NCBI RefSeq assembly: GCF_044704955.1
Contig: NC_091999.1
Coordinates: forward strand, 19,592,001-19,656,000
Length of the DNA stretch: 64,000 nt
From: Pristiophorus japonicus
Taxonomy: Eukaryota
Direction: 5' to 3'
In this document: piece by piece, positions 26,201 to 36,258 of the stretch
Position numbering within the stretch: position 1 is the first letter of the stretch
Layout: each line of letters starts with the position of its first letter
Translations under genes and position numbers: made by a program
The notes under the pieces: generated by a model
What the model saw: only the letters and a program-made list of their open reading frames with translations
What the model was told of the DNA's origin: nothing
Databases searched by the model: none

Positions 26201-26580
26201 TTGGAAAGCAGTGACGGGATCTTTCAAATTTAGCATGGATTTATGAAAAGGAAATCCTGCTTGACTAACCTTCTAGAATTTTTTGAGGATGCAACTGGGA
26301 GAGTGGATCATGAATAACCGGTGCATGTGCTGTATTTCGACAAAATTAAATCATATGGTATTGGGGGTAATGTACTGACGTGGATAAAGAACTGGTTGGC
26401 AGACAGAAAGCAGAGAGTCGGGATAAAGGGGTCCTTTTCAGAATGGGAGGCAGTGACAAGTGGCGTGCCGCAGGGCTCAGTGCTGGGACCCCAGCTATTT
26501 CCAATATACATTATTGATTTGGATGACGGAATTGAGTTTAATATCTCCAAGTTTGCAGATGACATTAAGCTGGGTGGCGG
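20297..26580 (+). mobile_element. Near full-length CR1 LINE (5' UTR, ORF1, ORF2), 3'-truncated, interrupted by an RTE
   Basis: 5' UTR tandem GGGAGTTCGAG repeats; ORF1 coiled-coil/esterase motifs CCLPGARVKDV and VHIGTND; ORF2 YDIIGITET, GVVYRPP, GVPQGSVLGP and FADDIKLGG. Confidence 0.92.
22431..25345 (-). mobile_element. RTE-clade LINE nested in CR1, with an internal ~350-bp duplication
   Basis: (CAT)n tail then AGGCAGTCCCTCGGGATCGAGGAAGACTTGC; RT motifs YRGISLLS, LLPESQCRFRP, AFDTVN and LQYADDT; the ALKDPAK segment occurs twice (~24700-25050 and ~25050-25340). Confidence 0.92.
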
Positions 26581-26730
26581 TTTGAGGCTTGTACGGGGCA
26601 CTTGTTTAAAACTTGCGTCTCAAACAAAATTCAACTAAATATACGTCAATAACTTCCAAAGGTGTGAAAAATTCTGTGCATTTTTTTCTGCTTTTCGTGT
26701 GCGGGTGTCATGAAGCTCATATTCTTAAGA

Positions 26731-26738
26731 ATGCAAAT
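26731..26738 (+). promoter_or_regulatory. Octamer motif ATGCAAAT ~410 bp upstream of the TCR V leader
   Basis: Exact octamer match; could occur by chance. Confidence 0.25.
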
Positions 26739-27144
26739 ATTAATGGGACACATTGACTATAAGAGTCTCTTCACTTCTAACATTAATGCGAAAGTGACAG
26801 AGAAAGAAGGGGAGGAAAAGACAGAGCTTGGGAGAACGAGAGAGAGAAAAAGAGAGAGAGAGAACGAGACAGAGGCAGAGACAGAGAGAGACCGTGACAC
26901 AGATAAGCAGCTCAAGTTAAATAGACACAATGACACACAGACAGGCAAAGAAAGAGTTTGGAGAGATCCTGCAGTAATTGGACACGACTAACATTCATTG
27001 TGCAAAACTGAAGACAATATTGTCCCTGGGAACGCCCCTCAGTTGCTTAATAGGTGAAGCCTGCCCCTGATCTGGATTTAACCTTTAATAGCACAACATT
27101 TTTAAACATTCTGTTATGTTCAATCGAAATCTAAACCAGGCACC

Positions 27145-27190
27145 ATGTGCATCCCGCGTTCCTTACTCTTAATAATGGTCGTGCTGCCCG
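27145..27190 (+). CDS. TRAV/TRDV: TCR Valpha/delta leader exon
   Basis: Kozak-like CACCATG; MCIPRSLLLIMVVLP(G); 46 nt, phase-1 donor |gtgagt; 80-bp intron. Confidence 0.88.
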
Positions 27191-27270
27191 GTGAGTCTAT
27201 TTAAATGCTCAGTGTGTGTTCATGGGCTATATTTATTCCCAGATATTTTAAACACGTTTTTTTGTTACAG

Positions 27271-27577
27271 GAACGAGTGGCAAAAAATCAGTGTTCCTGG
27301 ATCCATCTGAACTAAAGGTTAAGGAAGAACAGACCATAATACTGAACTGCAGTTCCTCCACATCCGATAGATTTCTGTACCTCTTCTGGTACATCCAGTA
27401 CCCCGAGGAAGCTCCGAGATATTTACTGAGGAGATACAGCAAGGAACTGGGAGATCAGTCTCCTGATTTCCCAAACCGGTTCTCTGATGATTCGGCTCAA
27501 AGCATGAAAACGGTGGTTTTAAATGTGTCCGGGACTCCTGTCTCTGATTCTGCCGTGCATCAGTGTGCGCTGCGCTC
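27271..27577 (+). CDS. TRAV/TRDV: TCR Valpha/delta V exon, open frame (germline gene segment)
   Basis: Acceptor tttgttacag|, in frame with the leader: GTSGKKSVFLDPSELKVKEEQTIILNCSSSTSDRFLYLFWYIQYPEEAPRYLL...RFS...DSAVHQCALR. Both Cys and the Trp are present; YLFWY.QYP and CALR are TRAV/TRDV-like. Confidence 0.9.
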
Positions 27578-27616
27578 CACATTATTACAGGGGACCAGTC
27601 AATCCGTACAAAAACC
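27578..27616 (+). promoter_or_regulatory. 23-bp-spacer recombination signal sequence
   Basis: Heptamer CACATTA (27578-27584), exactly 23 nt, perfect nonamer ACAAAAACC (27608-27616). Confidence 0.92.
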
Positions 27617-28807
27617 AGCAAAATGCTCTCACTCATTCTCATTGAATCAGATCTGTGAACTGGATTGTGAACTGATAATGGAATAAAAAACATAGTATGA
27701 AATCTAGTTTGGCCAAATGACAAATTTATTTGCTGTAACTTCTGTGAAATTCTATGTAATATTTTCTTGATATCAGCTGGTTCTAATGGTTCGTGAGCTG
27801 TTCTTTTAGTGGAAGCCTCTGGCACTGATACCAGAACAACATTAACTACTTCCCTTCACTGTGCCACCCACACATACTGATCCTATTATTGGGCCAACAT
27901 TTGTATTAATCCCTATGCATTTTGCTGTTGTGAAAACAATTTCACTCCTTTCCTTGTTCCCCGCTCCGATGTAATGAATTGGAGAACAAAGGATCCGTGA
28001 GCTGATTGGAAGAATTGCAGAAAAAAGGGCAGTGAGCTGATTGAATTGGTGAATAATGGAACTGTGAACTGATTGGATGAATTGGAGAACAAAAAACCCG
28101 TGAACTAGTTGGATGTCACTTGCTGACTCCGACTAGAAAGAACCATTCGACAGAGAGGCATCCTTCCCAATCCTGACCAAAACAATACAGGTTCAAACCG
28201 TTCTGTTAAAATGTGCCTACAACTCTCTGCAAATATGTTCATTGCGATTTTGTATTTGTTCGTCACAGCTGCAGCTCTATTAACAGGTAGGTTCGCAAGT
28301 TACATAACACCGTGTTGCACATCTATACCATACATTTAATCTGTCAATGCCATGAGCACAGGAAGATCAACAGATTGACCTGAAATAAAGAAACCCTTCT
28401 GGATCCACCTTGACTCAACACTGAGCGCAGTTTGGGGAAACTCGACAAACTCCCCTAGTGAATGAAAAAGGATGGTCTGAGATGCGATTCAAGCGAATGG
28501 CAGAGAAACCCGCCCCACCCCGCCGGGGCAATGGTGGACTTTGATAGACACAGGTGTCTTAAAGCCTCGTCACAAGACGTGACGGTCAGGAATTGATCCC
28601 GTTGGAAGGTGCTCATAGTTAATTAAATTAACTTTTAATCAGTCGGTCCAACGCATTCCCTTTGCAGCTGAGAGGAAATTCTGTTTAATTTCTGAATAAC
28701 CGCCCAGAGTTACATCTCAGGCAAGTGTTAGGGGTGACGGGCTGATTCTGGGCGATAGACACAGTGAAGTGACATTGTTTAATTTAGTATCGCTCTGGGC
28801 TCTTCCG

Positions 28808-29153
28808 GGGCATGGTCGAGAGACTCCGTTTAACAGACACTGGCTGTAAGCAAATCAAGTAAAGGAAACGATGTTCATTTGCACAATGATTATACAACTA
28901 CAAGCTTGGGTACGGTTTACCAATTCCGGTACCGCCAGTATTGCAATTGTTCTTTGGAATATCTGCTGCATAGAAACAGATACAGAGAGAACGGAGTGAG
29001 ATTTAAAGCGGACCGTTTTTCAGCGAAGTTCAATGATTCGAGTGGAACCAGCCCGCTGAATGCGTCTGAAACACAACTGCGAGACTCTGTGAAGTATTAC
29101 AATGCATTGAGTCCCACAGAGGTACGGAGCTTGGCTGGAATGGTACAAGAACG
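28808..29153 (+). pseudogene. TRAV/TRDV: TCR Valpha/delta pseudogene with 23-RSS (copy 1)
   Basis: SRDSV*QTLAV...DVHLHNDYTTT...YQFRYRQY...LEYLL...DRFSAKF...LRDSVKYYNALS; stop at 28831; both Cys and the Trp lost; no AG acceptor. RSS is CACAGAG (29115-29121) + 23 nt + ACAAGAACG (29145-29153). Confidence 0.85.
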
Positions 29154-29334
29154 GTCATAGCATCGCTCAACATTCCAGCACTTTAGTGGAGCATTGTGAT
29201 CAGAGGCGAGGTTGAGCTAGTTCCTGTATATATGATCAGACCTTGTACTGTTAATTCTAATATATATTCACTTTCATGAATAATAACCATATAATCAACT
29301 GCCATAATGCAGTTAAATTAGAAAAGAAAAAAAA

Positions 29335-29782
29335 GTATTGATACCGCGGCTTTCACGACATCCTGAAGTGGTTAACAGACAATGAAGTACTTTTGGAATG
29401 TAGTCACATTGTAATGTCGGGAACGCAGCAGCGAATTTTTGAACAGCAAAATCTCACAAACAGCAATGTGATAATGACCAGATAGTCTGCTTTAGTAAGT
29501 TTGTTTGAGTGGTAAATGGTGACCAGGATAACAGGAGAATTCCCCTGTTGTTTTTCAAAATATCGGGGTCCATTATATCCTCCATAGTTGTCAAACAATT
29601 CCTCGGTTGAACAGCACATCCGAAAGCCGATACCTCCGACGTTACACTACTCCCTCACTACTAACATTGGCAGGGTCCGCCTATATTTTGTGCTCAAGTG
29701 CATTCTTCTGTATGTGAAGAATTGAACGCACAATATATTGACTCAAAGGCGAGAGTTCTACCACCTGAGGCATGGCTGACAC
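29335..29782 (-). mobile_element. tRNA-headed SINE (DeuSINE/SacSINE-like); second copy at ~35629-36076
   Basis: Minus strand starts GTGTCAGCCATGCCTCAGGTGGTAGAACTCTCGCC (tRNA-like head); the body resembles the Deu-domain SINEs I recall from sharks. Confidence 0.55.
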
Positions 29783-29964
29783 CGAGTACTTGTTGTTTAG
29801 ACGTTGTTCTGTTCATTCTAATGCACATGTACCTTTATTACTAATAAATGTACAATATTTATATACAATTGCAGCTGGATGCGCATAATGCCTATATAAA
29901 GGTAACCAGGCTAATGACTGACAGACAGATGTAGAGTGGCCTGTCTGAGCCTCCGTCACTAGTG

Positions 29965-32900
29965 TATCGTAGTTCTATCTGATCTGTCCATTATCCTCTA
30001 TGTACAGCAGATCTTTCTGATCGGTACAATTCCTTCTATGTACAATAGTTCTATCTGATCTGACAATTCCACTCCGTTGCAGTAGGTCAATCTACTTTTT
30101 CCATTTCTCTCTGAGCACCGTAGTTCTATCTCATCTGTGCATTCACTTCTTTGCACAGTAGTTCTGTCTGACCTGTACATTCCACTTTGAGTCCAGTAGT
30201 TCTATCAGACGTGTTAATTCCCCTCTGTTCAGTAATTCTATCTGACCTGTCCAGTCCCTTCTGTGTACACTAGTTCAATCTGACCAGTTCATTCCCCTTT
30301 GTGTTCAGTAGTTCTATACGGTCTGTCCATTCCCCTCTTGGTACAATAGTTCTGTTTGATCTTTCCATTGACCTCTGTCTATAGTAGTTCTCTTAGACCT
30401 GCCCATTCCCGTCTGTGTACAATTTTCAATCTGATCTGCCCATTCCACTCTGTATACAGCATTTCTATCTGAGCTCTCCATTCCCCTCTGCGTGCAGTAA
30501 TTCTATCTAATCTGAACATTCCCCTCTATGTACACCAGTTCTATTGGATCTGTCGATTCCTCTCTGTGTACATTAGTTGTATCTGGTCTGTCCATTCAAC
30601 TCTGTGTACAATAGATCTATCTGACCTGTTCATTGACCTTTGTTTAGTAGTCTATATGATATGTAGATTGCCCCCCTCCCCATTCTACATTTGTTCTATC
30701 TGATCTGTCCATTACCCTCTGTGTACCGTATTTCTATCTGATCTTTCGAAGCCCCTCCTCCCTATGTGTAGCAGCTCTATCTGATCTTTCCATTCCCCTC
30801 TGGGTACAGTAGTTCTTTTTGATCTGTCCATTCCGCTCCCCTCTGCGTGCAGTTGTTCTACCTGTTCAGTCCATTCTTCTCTATCAACAGTAGTTCTATC
30901 TGATCTGTCCATTCCCCTCTGTGTGCAGTAATTCTATCTGATCTGTGCAATGCGTACAGTAGTTCTATCTGATCTGCCCATTCAGCTCTGTGTATAGTAG
31001 TTCTATCTAACCTGTCCATTCCACTCTGTTTACAGTAGTTCTATCTGACCTGTCCATTCCCCACTGTGTGTAGTACTTCTATCTGAGCTGCCCATTACCC
31101 TCTGAGTATAGCATTTCTACCTAACCTGTCCATTCCCTTCTGTGTGTAGTACTTCTATCTGAGCTGCTCATTCCCCTCTGCGTATAGCATTTGTAACTGA
31201 TCTGTCCATTCCCCTCTGTGTGTAGTACTTCTATCTGAGCTGCCCATTCCCCTCTGTGTATAACATTTCTACCTGATCTGTCCATTCTCCTCTGTGTACA
31301 ATAGTTCTACCTGACATGTCCATTCCCCTCTATGTACATTAAATCTATCTGATTTGTGCAATGCGTACAGTAGTTCTATCTGATCTGTCCATTCAGCTCT
31401 GTGTGCAATAGTTATATCTGACGTGTCCATTCCAATCTGCTTACAGTGGTCTATCTGATCTGCCCATTCAGGCCTGTGTGTAGTAGTTCTATCTTATCTG
31501 ATCATTTACCTCTGTGTTCACAGTTCTATCTGAATTGTCGAATCCCTTATGAGTACAGTAGATCTGTCAGATCTGCCCATTCCTTTCTGTGTGCAGTAGT
31601 TCTATCTGCTCTCTCTGTTCACGTCCCCTATCTGTGCAGTGGTTCTCTCTGATCTATCGATTCCCTCCACCCCCCTTCCTCTATGTACATGAATTCTACC
31701 TGAACTCTCTATTCAAATCTGTGTGCAGTAGTTCTATCTGATCTGTCCATTCCCCTCCCGTCTGTGTGCAGTCGTTCTACCTGATCTGCCCATTCACCTC
31801 CGTGTATAGTAGTCCTAGTGTATCTATCCATTACTCACTGAGTGCACTAGTTCTATCTAATCTGAGCATTCCCCTTTGTGTACAGTAGTACTATTTGATA
31901 TGTGCATCCCTCTCTGTGTACAGTAATGCTATTGATCACTCCATTCCCCTTTGTGTACAGTAGTTTTATCTGACCTGTTCGTTCCCCTTTATTTAGTAGA
32001 TTTATCTGATCTGCCCATTTCCCTCTATGTGCAGTAGTTATCTAGTCGTGGATCCCCGACCTGCGAGAGAACAGCTCCGCAGGTTGGGCTATAGCAGAGC
32101 TGGAACGGCGGGCTTGGAACATCGTGGCCTCCGAACAGCGAGAGAACAGCTCCGCAGGTCACGCTATAAAATAGCTGGATTGGCGGGCCTGGGACATCGT
32201 GGTCCCCCGACCTGCGGGAAAACAGCTCCGCAGGTCGCACTATAAAAGAGCTGGAGCGTACCACTTCAGCCTCCAGCACGAGCTACTCTAAGTGTGCGCT
32301 GATTTTGAGATGGGCGACTCCGTTTTAGAGCATAGGCATGAACATCGGCAGGGCCCAGTTACAGAGGAGTGGGAAGGTCGGAGCGGATGAGCGGCGAGAG
32401 ATCGTGGCAGAGGTGCGACAGATGAGGGTACGGATCCCAGAAGAGCCAATGGCCCAGGAGCAGCACGGACCAGCCAACACTGCAATATGTGTGTGCACTC
32501 GGTCCATGCAGCAGAGCAGGTCTCCAGTCGTCTTGGTTAATCCTTGCCACTAGACCAAGACCGAGCTCTGTCAAGCCCGTGTGGTGGCTGGTGTGCAACG
32601 GTCACCACACGTTAAAAGAAATTCGCGTCGAGTCATCTTCAACCACCTCAATTGGAGTTCACTACTGGAACATCGTGTCCTTCATCGAAACACCTGTGAA
32701 CTTGTGGGAGAAAGTCATCCTTGTTCGAGGTACCGCCTATGATGATAATGAATAGTTATATGTGATCTATACATTCTCCTGTATGTACAGTAGTTCTATC
32801 TGATCTATATATATATATCTATGTATAGTTCTATCTGATCTGACCATTGCCTTCTGTGTGCAGTAGGTGTATTTGATCTGTCCATTCCACTCTTTGTACA

Positions 32901-33912
32901 GTAATTGTATAAGACCAACCCATTCCTCTCTATGTTCAGTATTTGTATCTAATCTGCCCTTTCCCCTCTGTGTGCAGTAGTTCTACCTGAACGGTCCCCT
33001 CTCTTCTATGTACAGTAGTTCTAATTCATCTGTTCTATTTGATCTGTCCATTCCCCTCTGTGTATCGAAGTCCTAACTGATCTCTGCATTCCCGTCTGTG
33101 TACAGTAGTTCTGTGTACAGCCTCTCTATATGATCTGTCAATTCTCCTCTGTGTGCATTCGTTCTATTTTGTCTATCTGTTCACGTCCACTCTGTGTGCA
33201 GTGATGCTATCTGATTTGTCCATTGAACTATGTTTTCTGTCGTTCTATCCAATCTCTCCATTCCCCTCCCATCTGTGTGCAGTCTTTCTAACTGATCTGT
33301 CCATCCACCTTCGTGTACATTAGTTATTTTTGATATCTCCATTCCCCTCCCCTCTGTGTGAAGTAGTTCTATCTATTCTGAACATTCCCCTCCGTGTGCA
33401 GTAATTGTATCTGATCTGCCTATTCCCCTTTATATGCAGTAGTTCTATCTGATCTCTCCAATCCCTACGGTGTGCAATAGTTCTATCTGATCTGGCCGTT
33501 CCCCTCCCCTACGTGTGCAGTAGTTCTATCTGATCTGTCCATTTCCCTCTGTGTACAGGAATTCATTCTGGTCTGTCCATTCCCATCTGTGTGCGTTATT
33601 TATATCTGGTCTGTCCATTCCCCTCCGTGTGCAGTGGTTCTTTCTGATCTGTCCATTCCCCTCTCTGTAAAGGAGGTCAGACTGGTCTGTCCATTTTCAT
33701 CTGTGTGCGTTAATTCTATCTGGGCTGTTCATTTCCCTCCCCTCTTGTGCAGTAGTTCTATCTGATCTGAGCCTTCCCACGGTGTACAATGGTTCTATCT
33801 GACCTGTCCATTCGTCTGTGTCTAGTCGATCTATCTTATCTGTCCATTCCCCTTTGTCTACAGTAGTTTATCTGATCAGTCCAGTCTCCTCTTTGTAGAG
33901 TAATTCTATCCC
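29965..33912. repeat. ~38-bp degenerate minisatellite array (TAGTTCTATCTGATCTGTCCATTCCCCTCTGTGTACAG)
   Basis: Dozens of diverged units, interrupted at 32043-32751. Confidence 0.93.
32043..32751 (+). mobile_element. Non-autonomous RTE-related SINE-like element inserted in the minisatellite
   Basis: Ends AAGTCATCCTTGTTCGAGGTACCGCCTATGATGATAATG, similar to the RTE 3' tail; shared core ...TTAATCCTTGCCAC...TGTCAAGCCCGTGTGGTGGCTGG... Confidence 0.8.
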
Positions 33913-35101
33913 CAAAATGCTCTCACTCATTCTCATTGAATCAGATCTGTGAACTGGATTGTGAACTGATAATGGAATAAAAAACATAGTATGAAATCTA
34001 GTTTGGCCAAATGACAAATTTATTTGCTGTAACTTCTGTTAAATTCTATGTAATATTTTCTTGATATCAGCTGGTTCTAATGGTTCGTGAGCTGTTCTTT
34101 TAGTGGAAGCCTCTGGCACTGATACCAGAACAACATTAACTACTTCCCTTCACTGTGCCACCCACGCATACTGATCCTATTATTGGGCCAACATTTGTAT
34201 TAATCCCTATGCATTTTGCTGTTGTGAAAACAATTTCACTCCTTTCCTTGTTCCCCGCTCCGATGTAATGAATTGGAGAACAAAGGATCCGTGAGCTGAT
34301 TGGAAGAATTGCAGAAAAAAGGGCAGTGAGCTGATTGAATTGGTGAATAATGGAACTGTGAACTGATTGGATGAATTGGAGAACAAAAAACCCGTGAACT
34401 AGTTGGATGTCACTTGCTGACTCCGACTAGAAAGAACCATTCGACAGAGAGGCATCCTTCCCAATCCTGACCAAAACAATACAGGTTCAAACCGTTCTGT
34501 TAAAATGTGCCTACAACTCTCTGCAAATATGTTCATTGCGATTTTGTATTTGTTCGTCACAGCTGCAGCTCTATTAACAGGTAGGTTCGCAAGTTACATA
34601 ACACCGTGTTGCACATCTATACCATACATTTAATCTGTCAATGCCATGAGCACAGGAAGATCAACAGATTGACCTGAAATAAAGAAACCCTTCTGGATCC
34701 ACCTTGACTCAACACTGAGCGCAGTTTGGGGAAACTCGACAAACTCCCCTAGTGAATGAAAAAGGATGGTCTGAGATGCGATTCAAGCGAATGGCAGAGA
34801 AACCCGCCCCACCCCGCCGGGGCAATGGTGGACTTTGATAGACACAGGTGTCTTAAAGCCTCGTCACAAGACGTGACGGTCAGGAATTGATCCCGTTGGA
34901 AGGTGCTCATAGTTAATTAAATTAACTTTTAATCAGTCGGTCCAACGCATTCCCTTTGCAGCTGAGAGGAAATTCTGTTTAATTTCTGAATAACCGCCCA
35001 GAGTTACATCTCAGGCAAGTGTTAGGGGTGACGGGCTGATTCTGGGCGATAGACACAGTGAAGTGACATTGTTTAATTTAGTATCGCTCTGGGCTCTTCC
35101 G

Positions 35102-35447
35102 GGGCATGGTCGAGAGACTCCGTTTAACAGACACTGGCTGTAAGCAAATCAAGTAAAGGAAACGATGTTCATTTGCACAATGATTATACAACTACAAGCT
35201 TGGGTACGGTTTACCAATTCCGGTACCGCCAGTATTGCAATTGTTCTTTGGAATATCTGCTGCATAGAAACAGATACAGAGAGAACGGAGTGAGATTTAA
35301 AGCGGACCGTTTTTCAGCGAAGTTCAATGATTCGAGTGGAACCAGCCCGCTGAATGCGGCTGAAACACAACTGCGAGACTCTGTGAAGTATTACAATGCA
35401 TTGAGTCCCACAGAGGTACGGAGCTTGGCTGGAATGGTACAAGAACG
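35102..35447 (+). pseudogene. TRAV/TRDV: TCR Valpha/delta pseudogene with 23-RSS (copy 2)
   Basis: Duplicate of 28808-29153 with one S>A difference; heptamer CACAGAG at 35409. Confidence 0.85.
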
Positions 35448-36258
35448 GTCATAGCATCGCTCAACATTCCAGCACTTTAGTGGAGCATTGTGATCAGAGG
35501 CGAGGTTGAGCTAGTTCCTGTATATATGATCAGACCTTGTACTGTTAATTCTAATATATATTCACTTTCATGAATAATAACCATATAATCAACTGCCATA
35601 ATGCAGTTAAATTAGAAAAGAAAAAAAAGTATTGATACCGCGGCTTTCACGACATCCTGAAGTGGTTAACAGACAATGAAGTACTTTTGGAATGTAGTCA
35701 CATTGTAATGTCGGGAACGCAGCAGCGAATTTTTGAACAGCAAAATCTCACAAACAGCAATGTGATAATGACCAGATAGTCTGCTTTAGTAAGTTTGTTT
35801 GAGTGGTAAATGGTGACCAGGATAACAGGAGAATTCCCCTGTTGTTTTTCAAAATATCGGGGTCCATTATATCCTCCATAGTTGTCAAACAATTCCTCGG
35901 TTGAACAGCACATCCGAAAGCCGATACCTCCGACGTTACACTACTCCCTCACTACTAACATTGGCAGGGTCCGCCTATATTTTGTGCTCAAGTGCATTCT
36001 TCTGTATGTGAAGAATTGAACGCACAATATATTGACTCAAAGGCGAGAGTTCTACCACCTGAGGCATGGCTGACACCGAGTACTTGTTGTTTAGACGTTG
36101 TTCTGTTCATTCTAATGCACATGTACCTTTATTAATAATAAATGTACAATATTTATATACAATTGCAGCTGGATGCGCATAATGCCTATATAAAGGTAAC
36201 CAGGCTAATGACTGACAGACAGATGTAGAGTGGCCTGTCTGAGCCTCCGTCACTAGTG

